Numbered from the stretch's first letter, positions 19,794 through 30,357 are shown. The stretch is 64,000 bases of DNA from an uncultured Acidobacteriota bacterium (GCA_963777605.1 CAVZRV010000015.1:64001-128000); one strand, 5' to 3'. Notes: a model not told the origin generated them from the letters alone. Numbers and translations are program-made.

Positions 19794-22085
19794 TCAGTTC
19801 TCAGTTTTGCCGACGGTATCCTGGAGGGGAACCACCGGGAGAAAGATTCGGAAGGTCGTCCCTTGGCCTGGCACGCTCTCGACGGCAATGTGACCGCGAC
19901 TTTGCTTCACCGAGCCATAAACCATCGAGAGGCCCAATCCGGTCCCCTTGCCGGCCTCCTTGGTCGTGAAAAATGGATCGAAGATTTGGTCGCGGATTGT
20001 CTCGTCTATCCCGGAACCCGTGTCGTGGACAGACAGCTCCACGTATCGACCCGGGGGGATCTCGGAAGCCTCAGTGTCGCCCTGTTCCATCACGATTTCT
20101 CGTGTCTCGACCGTGATTACTCCCCCGGCAGGCATGGCATCGCGGGCGTTGACGGCCAGGTTCATCAGAATCTGCCCAACCAGGTTCGGGTCGATCCTGA
20201 CTTTGGGCAAGGGCCGCCGGAGCACAGTGACGAAGTCAAAATCCTCGCCCACGAGACGCCTCAACATCGACTCGATTTGACTGACAATATGGTTCAACTC
20301 CACGTCCTGTGGGGAAAGCAGCTGTTTTCGACCGAATGCCAGCAACTGGCGAGTCAAAACCGCCGCCCGTTCAGCCGCGGCAACGATCTCGGTCAGGTCT
20401 TCGACAAACCGATGGTCGGATTCCAACTCATCCAGCAGTAGCTCAGTTCGCCCCTGAATGACGGTCAGCAGGTTATTGAAATCGTGGGCAACCCCGCCTG
20501 CGAGCCGTCCGATCGCTTCCATCTTCTGAGCCTGCAATAACTGCGCTTCGAGCTGTTTCCGTTCTGAGATGTCGAGAAGGATCCCCCGGATTCCGACGAC
20601 CCGGCCTTTCTCTTCTATGGGCACGGCCTGAGAGAGAACCGGAAAACGTGCCCCGCCCTTCTTCTGGGCGATAAATTCATAGGCCGGGTGCTCTTCGCCC
20701 TTGAGGACCGACTGAATCGCAGCTTGGGCCCGCTCCCGGTCCTCAGGAGCCAGAAGATCAAGGCCGGCAAAGCCTTTCCTGATATCCTCGTCCCCGTATC
20801 CGGTAATGACGAACGCAGCATGGTTGCAAAAAGTCAAGGTCCCTTCCGCGTTCATCTCGTAGACGATCCCGGGAAGCAACTCCGCAAGCTGACGGAACCG
20901 GTTTTCACTGGCTTCGATTGTCCATTCGGCGCGCCGGCGCTCCAGATCGGCTTGCCGCTGGTAGAGAAGCGCCAGGAATCCGAGCACAACCAGCGTCACC
21001 ATGAGGATCAACTCGTGGGTTTCCCTGAGCCGCGGGTCAATGAGACCAAACCCGTAGAGAGTGAAGTGCATGACCGGAAGCACAAATGGAAGGATGACCC
21101 AGAAACTTCGCGCCGTCACGCGGATCTGCTCCAGAGTATTCCCAGGCTTCTTCCGGCTTCCCGATATCGTCTCGTCGGGAAGACAAACTCGACATCGTGC
21201 GGCCAGAAGCGCACACCAGTAGATCAACGGTGTCAGAAAAGAGCGGAAAGTGACAAAAGTCCATTCCTGAGCCGGCAGGTCCCGCGCGCCGTAGAACCGG
21301 ATCACCTCGAGAACATCCCCATAGAAGAGGCAGGTGAACGAAAACACGAAAAGGCTGTAGATGACCTTCCATTTTCTGCTCCGACAAACCAGGAGGTTGT
21401 GCAAGGTCGCCGCAATCAGTAGAAAATCGAGGGCGCCAAACAGTGCGTAGGAGAGATTCCGGGAACTGCCTTGCTGTAATTCTCCCAGGTGCGGAACGAC
21501 CACGAAGTAGGCCAGCAAACCGACCACAAAGACCGCTCTCCCAAGCGACTCGATTCGATAGAGGCGGTTGGACCTGCTCCATCCGGGACTCAGGTGAGGC
21601 ATGGCCCCGAGTGCCATGATCATTCCCAGGAAGGAGAGCAGATAGAGGATGTCGGAGGCAAAGTCGAGACGAGGGCTCCAGGAATACGTCCCCAGGAAGA
21701 GCCAGAGTCCCCGGGTCGCAAACCAGACCAGAAAGGAAAAACCCATCAGGCGCCAAAATCGGCACTCTTCAGGATGGTCAACCCCTCCAAGTCCGGTGAC
21801 CAGGCAGACCGCGGTCAGTCCGAGCAATGAGAAATCGACGACATGCAAACCCGGTTGGAGGCTTGCGAATCCGAAAGCCGAACTGCCCAACAGGAAGAAC
21901 CAGGACAGGCCGACCATTACAGCCCCTAAGCGGGCCCACCAATCTCTGCAACAGGCGGACAATATTTCCAAAGTTGACCCCGACGAAGACCCACCGCCAG
22001 CGGTCCAGCCTGAATCCGGGGCCCCGCTTCTGGAGTGCGCCGCAACACGAAAAGTCTTCAATTCAACATGCAGTTTATCAAGCAC
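19794..22085 (-). CDS. Membrane sensor histidine kinase: multi-TM domain, PAS, HisKA and HATPase, no receiver domain; true start probably downstream of 22085
   Basis: [23 protein letters not shown]-box; [21 protein letters not shown] and GTGLGL boxes; PAS region before the H-box. Confidence 0.88.
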   Translation of the reverse strand: MLDKLHVELKTFRVAAHSRSGAPDSGWTAGGGSSSGSTLEILSACCRDWWARLGAVMVGLSWFFLLGSSAFGFASLQPGLHVVDFSLLGLTAVCLVTGLGGVDHPEECRFWRLMGFSFLVWFATRGLWLFLGTYSWSPRLDFASDILYLLSFLGMIMALGAMPHLSPGWSRSNRLYRIESLGRAVFVVGLLAYFVVVPHLGELQQGSSRNLSYALFGALDFLLIAATLHNLLVCRSRKWKVIYSLFVFSFTCLFYGDVLEVIRFYGARDLPAQEWTFVTFRSFLTPLIYWCALLAARCRVCLPDETISGSRKKPGNTLEQIRVTARSFWVILPFVLPVMHFTLYGFGLIDPRLRETHELILMVTLVVLGFLALLYQRQADLERRRAEWTIEASENRFRQLAELLPGIVYEMNAEGTLTFCNHAAFVITGYGDEDIRKGFAGLDLLAPEDRERAQAAIQSVLKGEEHPAYEFIAQKKGGARFPVLSQAVPIEEKGRVVGIRGILLDISERKQLEAQLLQAQKMEAIGRLAGGVAHDFNNLLTVIQGRTELLLDELESDHRFVEDLTEIVAAAERAAVLTRQLLAFGRKQLLSPQDVELNHIVSQIESMLRRLVGEDFDFVTVLRRPLPKVRIDPNLVGQILMNLAVNARDAMPAGGVITVETREIVMEQGDTEASEIPPGRYVELSVHDTGSGIDETIRDQIFDPFFTTKEAGKGTGLGLSMVYGSVKQSRGHIAVESVPGQGTTFRIFLPVVPLQDTVGKTEN

Positions 22086-22088
22086 CGT

Positions 22089-22338
22089 GGATGGGTCACC
22101 CCTGAGGATCCTCCGCCGACCAAGCCCGGCATGACTCTGGGATCTCTCTCCCTTGTTCGCCGCAACCTCAGATCGGGACGGGGAGACCGCAAGGGGGCGA
22201 TCCGGATCTCAGTTTTCGGCCTGGTACAACAACGGCTCGTTGCCGCTGCTGCTGATCCTGGCATCGATTGTCTCTTACGCCTACTACCTGTCGCTGGCCG
22301 GCCGGCCGCTGTTCAAAGAAGATTTCATGGATGGGTAG
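22089..22338 (+). pseudogene. Collapsed relic of a membrane-anchored Ser/Thr protein kinase-type gene (three non-adjacent segments joined)
   Basis: Segments VTPEDPPPTKPGM | LGSLSLVRRNLRSGRGDRKGAIRISVF | FSAWY...YLSLAGRPLFKEDFMDG* resemble well-separated blocks in the C-terminal membrane half of Acidobacteria-type kinases as I recall them. A terminator follows. Confidence 0.55.
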
Positions 22339-22369
22339 CCGGCCCGGCGGCATCTACCGGGCCGGCTTT
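22337..22369 (+). terminator. Intrinsic terminator-like hairpin
   Basis: AGCCGGCCCGG-N9-CCGGGCCGGCT followed by TTGT. Confidence 0.6.
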
Positions 22370-22422
22370 GTAACTCTAAGCCGGCATCATCACTGAGGGA
22401 AAGCACGAGTGTCCCGTCATGT

Positions 22423-23232
22423 TTAACCAAGCACTTTGATCTTAAGATTCCTGAACCACAAGGTCTTGCCGTGATCCTGGAGCACGATGTAGCCGGTCTT
22501 GGCCATGCCGTACTGGGGATACTCCGCGAACTTGCTCTTGGCAACCAGATCCTTCCACTCCGGGCTCCAGAGTTCGTATTCCACGACCTTCTGCCCGTTG
22601 AGCCAGTGCTCGACATGGGCACCGTCAACGACAATGCGCATGGTGTTCCACTCGCCGACGGGCTTGGCTGCGTTCACGGAAGGAGCGATCAGGTCATAGT
22701 CGGCACCCGAGAACTGCGACGCCTTGAGGTCGGAACCGGGGGCACGTTCGGCATCCGAAGCCCGATAATCCGCCCAGCAACCCTCCGTCGCATCGACGAT
22801 CTGAACTTCGGGACCGCTGTGCCATTCCTGATCTGAATCTTCGGTAACGTGGAAGAGGACTCCGCTGTTTCCGCACGGACTGACCTTCCAGTCCAGCTTC
22901 ATTTCAAAACTGGCATACTCCTTCTTGGTCGTGAGGTCGCCGAAGCCTTCCTGACCGTCTTCCGCCTTGAAAACGAGAAGGCCGTCTTCTACCGTCCAGC
23001 CGGGCGGAACTTCTTCAGCCCTGAAGCCGCGCCACTGATCAAGGCTCTTACCGTCGAACATGAGTTCCCAACCATCGGCTTTCTCTTCCGAGGTCAGGGT
23101 ATTGATTGCCGGCTCAGCGGATACCGCAGCCGCAGGCTGAGAAGGCTCCTCGGTAGCCTGCTGGCTGCAGGAGATTGCCCCCAGAACCACCAGTGAGAGT
23201 ACAAGTACGAGTCCGTTGATCCGCTTAATCAT
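22423..23232 (-). CDS. DUF1080 (3-keto-disaccharide hydrolase-like) lipoprotein
   Basis: Lipobox AISC; GWELMFDGK, GNSGV, GPEVQ, GEWN, HWLNG and LQDHG motifs. Confidence 0.9.
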   Translation of the reverse strand: MIKRINGLVLVLSLVVLGAISCSQQATEEPSQPAAAVSAEPAINTLTSEEKADGWELMFDGKSLDQWRGFRAEEVPPGWTVEDGLLVFKAEDGQEGFGDLTTKKEYASFEMKLDWKVSPCGNSGVLFHVTEDSDQEWHSGPEVQIVDATEGCWADYRASDAERAPGSDLKASQFSGADYDLIAPSVNAAKPVGEWNTMRIVVDGAHVEHWLNGQKVVEYELWSPEWKDLVAKSKFAEYPQYGMAKTGYIVLQDHGKTLWFRNLKIKVLG

Positions 23233-23447
23233 AGCTGAGAATCCTCCGATCCATCTGTCACGGTTCAGTCTGTATAAACGAAATTCGCCCCCTGGACGCC
23301 ACGCGGCCAGCGAGACTCATTCCAATCCCGAATTCTATTCTACAAACTGTTGAGCGATCGGAGAAATTCCCCCGCTTGAAGTCCCGGGAAAAGCGGCCGT
23401 TCCTCTTGGAACCGGCTCCCATCAATGCTAAGAGTGGTTAGCACAAG

Positions 23448-23478
23448 CTGGTGGTCCGTTTTGGGAACGGACCACTGA
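23448..23478. repeat. Mini inverted-repeat element, copy 1 (CTGG-TGGTCCGTT-TTGGG-AACGGACCA-CTGA)
   Basis: A near-identical copy lies at 40901-40933. This copy abuts the SD of the next gene. Confidence 0.7.
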
Positions 23479-23491
23479 GGAGGAGAATGCC

Positions 23492-25006
23492 ATGTCACCA
23501 AAATCGATTACCCGTCGTCGATTTCTCTCCACATCCGCCACTACGGCCGCCATCAGTGTGGTCCCGAGAAGAGTCCTGGGAGGGGTCGGCTACGTCCCTC
23601 CCAGCGACCAGGTGAACATCGGGTTCGTCGGTTGCGGAACCCAGGGTTTGCGCCAGATGATGCAGGCACTGCCTCACGCCGAGATCCAGATCGCCGCGGT
23701 CTGCGACCCCAATCGGGGCAGTTCGGACTACATCCCCTGGTCGAAAAACGAACTGCGGGACAAGCTCCGCAAGTTTCTTTCCAGCCCCAACTGGGGTGAA
23801 GGCAACAATGGCTGTCGATGTGGCCGGGAGGTTGGCAAGGAAGTCGTCGAAACCTACTACGGAAAGAACCGGCGGTCCGGTGAATACAAGGGTTGTCGAG
23901 CCTACGCGGATTTCCGGGAACTACTCGACCGTGAAACCGGACTCGATGCGATCTACATTATGACCCCCGATCATCTCCACGCCACGGTTGCGATTGCTTC
24001 GATGCGAAAGGGTAAACACGTCATCACCCACAAGCCAATCTCCAATGTCTACCACGAGACGGCGCTGGCGGTCGAGACGGCAAAGAAAACGGGCCTGGCC
24101 ACTCATCTTTTCTGCGCCGCCGGCAACCGAAACAGCCCTCGAATCGCGGAGTGGATCGGCAGCGGGGTGATCGGCCCCGTGCGGGAAGTGCACAACTGGT
24201 CCTCGCGTCCATTCTGGCCGCAGGGAATGACCGAATACCCGCGTGACGAGATGCCTGTCCCCGACGGACTGGACTGGGATCTTTGGTTGGGGCCGGTTCC
24301 CCGCCGACCCTACAATCCCGCCCTCACTCACGCCGTCTTCAGAGGCTGGTGCGAGTTCGGGGCCGGAGCCCTCGGCGATATGGGCCACTACAGTTTCTAT
24401 CAGATCTTCAAGATCCTCGGCCTCGGCCTGCCCACTGCGGTTGAGGCGAGCAGAAGCCAGTACTATGCGATTGTGGACCATCTCTGGCAGAAGCAGCAGA
24501 ACCTGGTTTCCTACCCGAGAGCGTCCACCATCCACTGGAATTTCCCTGCCCGCGGAGACCGCGATGCCGTATCACTCTACTGGTACGACGGTGGTCTTCG
24601 CCCTCCCCTGCCTGCAGAACTCGAATCGGACGGTGAACAGATGCCCGACGAAGGGCTCCTGTTTGTCGGAGACAAGGGCAAGATCCTGGCAGGCTTCACG
24701 GGCGAAAGACCTCGCCTGATTCCAAAGAGCAGGATGTCAACCTTCAGCGAACCAGCCGAGACTCTCCCCCGCCCGATCGACGAGCTCGACCAGTGGATTC
24801 GGGCCTGTAAGGGAGGCCAATCGTCCGATGCCGCATTCGACAAGGTGTCCCCGTTTGCCGAGGCGATCTGCCTGGGAAATGTTGCCCTGAGAGTCCCCGG
24901 GAAGCTGACCTGGGACGCTGCCCGCGGGGAGTTCGCCGACAACACGCAGGCCAACAGTTTCCTCGAGCGGAGGGCCTACCGCCCTGGATGGGAACTGAAG
25001 GCCTGA
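23492..25006 (+). CDS. Gfo/Idh/MocA family oxidoreductase with Tat signal
   Basis: TRRRFL Tat motif; PPSDQVNIGFVGCG, TPDHLH, HKP, LDWDLWLGP and GALGDMGH motifs. Confidence 0.92.
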   Translation: MSPKSITRRRFLSTSATTAAISVVPRRVLGGVGYVPPSDQVNIGFVGCGTQGLRQMMQALPHAEIQIAAVCDPNRGSSDYIPWSKNELRDKLRKFLSSPNWGEGNNGCRCGREVGKEVVETYYGKNRRSGEYKGCRAYADFRELLDRETGLDAIYIMTPDHLHATVAIASMRKGKHVITHKPISNVYHETALAVETAKKTGLATHLFCAAGNRNSPRIAEWIGSGVIGPVREVHNWSSRPFWPQGMTEYPRDEMPVPDGLDWDLWLGPVPRRPYNPALTHAVFRGWCEFGAGALGDMGHYSFYQIFKILGLGLPTAVEASRSQYYAIVDHLWQKQQNLVSYPRASTIHWNFPARGDRDAVSLYWYDGGLRPPLPAELESDGEQMPDEGLLFVGDKGKILAGFTGERPRLIPKSRMSTFSEPAETLPRPIDELDQWIRACKGGQSSDAAFDKVSPFAEAICLGNVALRVPGKLTWDAARGEFADNTQANSFLERRAYRPGWELKA

Positions 25007-25025
25007 AACTTGACGACGGACCCGT

Positions 25026-27473
25026 TTACAGCGGAGCGGAGCAGTCGGTACCGATCGGGTCTCCCGGCGGCGGATCCGGGATCACGGGCTTGGCGAAACT
25101 TTCCGGGGTTTCCAGGTACTGCCCGATCAGAAACCGGGCATAGCGGTCCACAGCAGCCTGCCGCAATCCCGGCTCACTTGAGTCGCGTTCCGCCAGGAAC
25201 TCCTGAAGTTCGAGAATTCCGTTGTGCGCCGACGCCCGGACCCTTTCGGGGTTCTCTTTCCGGGCTGCCAGCGCCATCAATTCCTGCAATACCACCATGT
25301 CGGTCTGTCTCTGAACTTCGCCCAGATAGCCTTCCCGCCGTTCCGAAAACCAGGTCTTCTTCAGGAGCGTCCCGATCATCTCTTCCATGGAGGGGCAGGA
25401 GGAATCTCGAGCCGAATATTCGACCAGGCGGGCGGCCCGTTGCGGGTTGAGCAGGAGTCCGACAACATGCTTCGACCAAGCCTCGACCGCCCCAAGCGGA
25501 TCGAACGTCAGTCCGGTTTGCCCCTGGAGCAGCTCTCGGTGAGGGGGGTATCCAAGCGGACGAGGCGGGATCAGAGAGACGATCCGCTCGGGGACCGCGA
25601 CCTGTTCGGGTGCCAGCGTGGCGAGGAGCGCATCCAGCGCCCTCCGCTGCTCGGCGCCCGGGACGATCTGTGGAGCAGCAGTCCAGTCTCCTTTCAGGCT
25701 GAACTCATACTCGAGGCCTCCGACCAGCTTGGAAACCGCCGTCGCCTGGTAGCGGTGAAGAAAATAGGTCGGTACCAGAACTTCCTCGAGCGTGGCCAAG
25801 GGCATCCCGGAGCGGATCGAATCGAGCGAAAACTGCTCGAGGGCGCGTTGTCTGACCTCGACCAGGTGGTTCAACTCGGAAACCGGATTCGCGCCATTGT
25901 CCCAAATATGGGCGACCGGGCTTGGGCTTCCGGCGGGTCGGGCGTCGCCGTCACTCAGGAAGCGTAGATGGTGCCCCTGGTAACCTTCTTCCAGGATTCG
26001 CTCGAGTTCTGCGGACTCGTCAACACCGTCGGCAAAGTCCTGGTAGCCGTACGCGATCGCCACCTTGTCCCAGGGTCCGACCCCGACGGCATAGGCATCG
26101 GCGAGATCGATATCGCCATCGGAGTCAAGGCGAATCAGCGGGTGGGGGTAGTCCATCACCGATGAGCGGTCTACCGTGCTGGCCGCGAAATTGTGGGTGA
26201 GTCCCAGCGTGTGCCCGATCTCGTGGGCCGACAGTTGACGCAGGCGAGCCAGGGCCATCTTCAGCATCGGGTCGTCTTGATGAAGGTCGTCGCCGAATGG
26301 AGACAGCAATCCCTGGGCGATGAGGTAATCCTGGCGAACCCGAAGCGAACCCAGGTTGACGTGCCCCTTAAGGATCTCCCCCGTCCTCGGGTCGGTGATC
26401 GACGCCCCGTATGACCAACCCCGGGTCGAACGATGAAGCCAGTTGATCACGTTGTAGCGGACGTCCATCGGATCGGCATCGGCAGGGAGCATTTCGATCC
26501 GGAAGGCATTTCGATAGCCGATCGATTCGAAAGCGTCGTTCCACCAGCGTCCGCCTTCGAGAAGTGCCGACTTGACCGGTTCCGGGGTGGCTGGATCGAG
26601 GTAGTAGACGATTGGTTGGACCGGATCGCTCAGTTCGGCTGCGGGGTCCATCTTCTCCAGCCGGTGCCGGGTGATGAATCGGCGAGTCAGGTCCGATCCG
26701 ATCGGTACCGTGTAGTCAACATAGCTCAGAGGAAAGTAGCCGGAAAGGACGTGGTACTCACGGCGACGGTATGTAGCGTCAGGAAGTTCGATCAGCGAGA
26801 GGTGCTGCCGGACTGAAACGAATTCGGGAGTGGGAGTCACCGAACGAATTTCCGGACCCGGCCGGCTCCCTTTCATAGTCAGAGTGACCTCGAACTCGTC
26901 GTTCCGCGGAAAACTTCGGCAGTTCGGCAGGTAGATACCCGAACGCGACTCGTCCACCGAGTAGGATCCTTCGCCCATGCGCTCGAGCCTGGAACCGATG
27001 TGCTGATGATCCCCGAAGAGCACTGGAGTCCAGTCGATCAGGATGCGCCCATCCTCTTCAGCGGCGACCTTGAATCCCCAAAGAACCGACTCGGCGAACC
27101 CCTCCCTGACCGCCCGGCGTTCGAGGTCGCTGCCCGAGAAATCCGCCCGGTAGAGCAGGTTGGGTTGTACGAGCAGAACGGTGGGTCCACTGCGGCGAAA
27201 CTCCACTACCTTTTCCGAACCGAGTTGGGCCCGGTCGAGACCAATATCGTTCGAGCCGATTCCGGTCGCCATCCCGGAAACGAGAAGGAATTCCTCGTTG
27301 AGCTGGTCTACTTCAAGCCAGATCTTCCCCTCGGTCTCGTCCCAGAACCACTTGTGGAATCCAACCCTCGGCTCCATGCCTTTCGTCTTCTCGGCGATCG
27401 TCGGAGGGGACGCCGCCAGGCCCGGCACCAGGGAGAGAATCACAACCCAGAAAGCCAGCACATTAGTTCTCAT
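25026..27473 (-). CDS. Secreted zinc-dependent metalloprotease (DUF5117/DUF4953, EcxA-like)
   Basis: Signal peptide; GSNDIGLDR, PIVYYLD, HEIGHTLGLTH (HExxHxxGxxH) and SVMDY Met-turn. Confidence 0.9.
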   Translation of the reverse strand: MRTNVLAFWVVILSLVPGLAASPPTIAEKTKGMEPRVGFHKWFWDETEGKIWLEVDQLNEEFLLVSGMATGIGSNDIGLDRAQLGSEKVVEFRRSGPTVLLVQPNLLYRADFSGSDLERRAVREGFAESVLWGFKVAAEEDGRILIDWTPVLFGDHQHIGSRLERMGEGSYSVDESRSGIYLPNCRSFPRNDEFEVTLTMKGSRPGPEIRSVTPTPEFVSVRQHLSLIELPDATYRRREYHVLSGYFPLSYVDYTVPIGSDLTRRFITRHRLEKMDPAAELSDPVQPIVYYLDPATPEPVKSALLEGGRWWNDAFESIGYRNAFRIEMLPADADPMDVRYNVINWLHRSTRGWSYGASITDPRTGEILKGHVNLGSLRVRQDYLIAQGLLSPFGDDLHQDDPMLKMALARLRQLSAHEIGHTLGLTHNFAASTVDRSSVMDYPHPLIRLDSDGDIDLADAYAVGVGPWDKVAIAYGYQDFADGVDESAELERILEEGYQGHHLRFLSDGDARPAGSPSPVAHIWDNGANPVSELNHLVEVRQRALEQFSLDSIRSGMPLATLEEVLVPTYFLHRYQATAVSKLVGGLEYEFSLKGDWTAAPQIVPGAEQRRALDALLATLAPEQVAVPERIVSLIPPRPLGYPPHRELLQGQTGLTFDPLGAVEAWSKHVVGLLLNPQRAARLVEYSARDSSCPSMEEMIGTLLKKTWFSERREGYLGEVQRQTDMVVLQELMALAARKENPERVRASAHNGILELQEFLAERDSSEPGLRQAAVDRYARFLIGQYLETPESFAKPVIPDPPPGDPIGTDCSAPL

Positions 27474-27708
27474 ATCGAATCTGCTCCATCGAAAGTCTTT
27501 CGATTCTCCGGTCTGAGCGGTTCTTTGTCCAGCTGGAGAGCGCACGAGGCAGATCCAGGAATTCGTTGAAATTAATCTCCCGACAGCTAAGAATGATCGC
27601 TGCTGGATGGTCCCTGGCCGGGATTCCGTCGATTCGGGTACCGGTAGTTCCTGCTCATGCGCGCAACTCCGGCCCATCCCGCAGTACGGTCATCTTGAGG
27701 AGAACACT

Positions 27709-29679
27709 ATGCAGCGTTTCCGGCTGATTCCGCTTGCCATGGCAGTCTTCTTCGTCTTCTCTTCGATGAACGGAGCCCGCCAATGGCGCCAGGTAGACAC
27801 TCCCCACTTCAGGGTTTTCTCCGACTGCGGCGAACGCGAGTCCCGAAAAGTCGCACTCGAGTTCGAACGGTTTCGCGGGATGTTCAGCAAGGTGTTCAAC
27901 CTGCAACTCGAGGAAGGCGTCAAGCTGGACATCTTTCTCTTCCGGGACCGACGTTCGTTTGACCAGTACTCGATTCGTCACGAGGGCAAGGCCGTCGGGG
28001 TATCCGGGTACTTCTCCAGTGGTCAGTGGGAGAACATGATCGCGATGGTTGAGGGATGGAGCCGGGACTCGACGCTTCGTACCGTTTTCCACGAGTACAC
28101 CCACTACCTGGTCCGGAAGTTGGACTGGCCGCTCTGGCTCAACGAGGGAGTAGCGGAGTTTTACTCAACGTTCGATGCCGGAGACAAGGAGATCACACTC
28201 GGTGTACCCATCGCCGAACACGTGCTGCTCCTGCGCGAGCGGAGCCTCATGCCGATGGACGTGATGAGTTCGGCCAAGGAGATGAGCCACTTCTACGAAG
28301 ACGACTCGCAAGTCCACCTCTTTTATGCCCAGGCCTGGGCGCTGGTGCACCTGCTTCAGTTTACGGAGGACGCCGACCTTCGCGGCAGCTTTCGCAGTTT
28401 TCTGGCCAGGATCAAGAGTCCTTCCGTTGAACCCGGGCGGGCATTCGAACTCGTGTTCGGAGCGTACCCACTCGAGAAGCAACTGCGCCGCTATGTCCGC
28501 CAGCGCGCCTACATGGTCTCGAAAATCGAGGTGTCGACCGACGTCGAGCTGGAGACCGGGGTCCGGGAAATACCCGAAGCCCTCGCTGTCGCTCAACTGG
28601 GCCGACTGGCGCTCCAGATGGATCGTCCGGTCGAAGCCGACGAACACTTCAAGCGGGCGCTGCGCAAGCAACCGGGTCTCCCCGAAGCTCTGGAAGGGCT
28701 CGCCCGGATCGCGTTGACCGGGCAGAAGTTCAGCGAAGCGGAAGCCCTGTTGGAGAGAGTGGTCGATGAGCGGCCCGACGAGTTCTTTCCCCACTGGCTC
28801 CACGTCTATTCGCTGACGGGTAACATGCTCAGTGGAGACGAACTGCAGGCCAAGGCGGAGAGGATTATCGACGAGTGCGACCAGGTCGTCCGGATCAACC
28901 CGAACTTTTCGGAAGCTTACCGGCGCCTCGGTGAAATGAGCCTTTACTCCCGCAAGAAGACCGACTTGGCCGTACAGCGAACCGGAGAGGGACTGGAACA
29001 CTTCCCTCGCGACAGCGAGTTGAGGCTCCTTCACGCTCGCCTATTGATTTCCGCGGGGAATTCGGAGGCCGCCCGGTCCCATCTCGAGAACATCAAGAGC
29101 GGCGCAAATCAACCGGGACTTCGCATCGAAGCGGAGAACATTCTAAATTCGCTCGACTCGTTTGATCGCGCGGCCCGGTCCAGGACCGAACCGGATGGAG
29201 GCAACGACAACACGGAGAATAGGGAGTCCATGACGACTGTCGAACGGCGAGGAGCACCGGAAAGACCCGATCTTCGGCGCTCCCACGCGGAGGCGGCCGC
29301 CGGGACCCCTCACGAGGCCGACTCCGGACCTTCTCCATCGGATGATGCTACCGCGGTGGAGCCTGCAGACGAATTGTTATCCTACGCCCATTCGAACTGC
29401 AGCCCCGCATTCGCCAACGTCCGCAGAGTCCCGCGGGTTTCCGGCGTTCTGACCGAAGTCATCTGTTCCGGGGACCACGCCGTCTACGTCATTTCGTCCC
29501 AGGGGAAACAACTCCGCATGGCCGCCCCTATCAGCACCCCTGTGATTTTCAGCTGCGAGGTTCAATTGAAAGATCTCACCTGCGGTCCGATTCAAAAACC
29601 TGTTGTGGCCTATTATGTTCTCGGGGCCGCCGAACCTGTTGACGCAAAGGCCGTAGCAATCGAGATCAAGGCACAATAG
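27709..29679 (+). CDS. Secreted DUF1570/gluzincin-like domain plus TPR protein
   Basis: Signal peptide; TPHFRVFSD, HEYTH...WLNEGVAE and FYAQAWALVH motifs; TPR-like helices; SD GAGGAG. Confidence 0.8.
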   Translation: MQRFRLIPLAMAVFFVFSSMNGARQWRQVDTPHFRVFSDCGERESRKVALEFERFRGMFSKVFNLQLEEGVKLDIFLFRDRRSFDQYSIRHEGKAVGVSGYFSSGQWENMIAMVEGWSRDSTLRTVFHEYTHYLVRKLDWPLWLNEGVAEFYSTFDAGDKEITLGVPIAEHVLLLRERSLMPMDVMSSAKEMSHFYEDDSQVHLFYAQAWALVHLLQFTEDADLRGSFRSFLARIKSPSVEPGRAFELVFGAYPLEKQLRRYVRQRAYMVSKIEVSTDVELETGVREIPEALAVAQLGRLALQMDRPVEADEHFKRALRKQPGLPEALEGLARIALTGQKFSEAEALLERVVDERPDEFFPHWLHVYSLTGNMLSGDELQAKAERIIDECDQVVRINPNFSEAYRRLGEMSLYSRKKTDLAVQRTGEGLEHFPRDSELRLLHARLLISAGNSEAARSHLENIKSGANQPGLRIEAENILNSLDSFDRAARSRTEPDGGNDNTENRESMTTVERRGAPERPDLRRSHAEAAAGTPHEADSGPSPSDDATAVEPADELLSYAHSNCSPAFANVRRVPRVSGVLTEVICSGDHAVYVISSQGKQLRMAAPISTPVIFSCEVQLKDLTCGPIQKPVVAYYVLGAAEPVDAKAVAIEIKAQ

Positions 29680-29712
29680 GGTTCGTCGCGCGGTCCCGGC
29701 AGGAGACAAAAC

Positions 29713-30357
29713 TTGAACAACCTTATCGAACTTGACGCCCTCAGCCGCCGTGTCCTGGGTGCCCTGCTCGAGAAAGAGCAGACCACCCCCGACTATTACC
29801 CGCTCACCCTGAACGCCCTGATTTCGGCATGCAACCAGACCACCAACCGCAACCCGGTAATGAACCTGAAGCAGTACGAAGTCCTGCGGGGCCTCCACAA
29901 CCTGGAACGCTACAACCTGGTGGAACGGGTGACCGGGGCCCGGGCAGACCGCTGGAGCCACCTCCTGCTGGATGCCGATTCCGCGGCTCCGGCTCGAAAG
30001 GCCCTCCTGACAGTCCTCTTGCTCAGAGGCAGCCAAACGATTGGGGAACTCAAGGCCCGGGCCGACCGGATGCACAGCTTCACGTTGCTGTCGGAAGCCG
30101 AAGAAACCCTCAGGGCACTCGGCGAACTCGAACCGCCACTCGTGGTCGAACTCCCCCGGCAACCCGGGCAGAAGGAATCGCGCTGGCGATTGAATGTCAC
30201 CGACGTTGATGAAGCCGAGATGGAGCCGGTTGCAGAGACAGTGGAATCTCAACCCGAAGGAGACTCAAGCCTGCGTGCAAGAGTCGAGGAACTGGAGAGG
30301 CAGGTCACCGAGATCCAGCAGTTCCTCGACCAGTTGAAGAGCCGGTCCGACCAGTAG
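29713..30357 (+). CDS. YceH/DUF480 family protein
   Basis: RVLGALLEKEQTTPDYYPLTLNAL, ACNQTTNRNPVM, LLLRGSQT and RQPGQKESRW motifs; SD AGGAG with TTG start. Confidence 0.9.
   Translation: MNNLIELDALSRRVLGALLEKEQTTPDYYPLTLNALISACNQTTNRNPVMNLKQYEVLRGLHNLERYNLVERVTGARADRWSHLLLDADSAAPARKALLTVLLLRGSQTIGELKARADRMHSFTLLSEAEETLRALGELEPPLVVELPRQPGQKESRWRLNVTDVDEAEMEPVAETVESQPEGDSSLRARVEELERQVTEIQQFLDQLKSRSDQ

Noticed and set aside
23407-23420. LacI-type operator-like TGGAACCGGCTCCC (and TGTTACCGTTCC near 38539)
   Set aside because: The matches are imperfect, similar strings occur at unrelated sites (~7169, ~32383), and no LacI gene is in the window.
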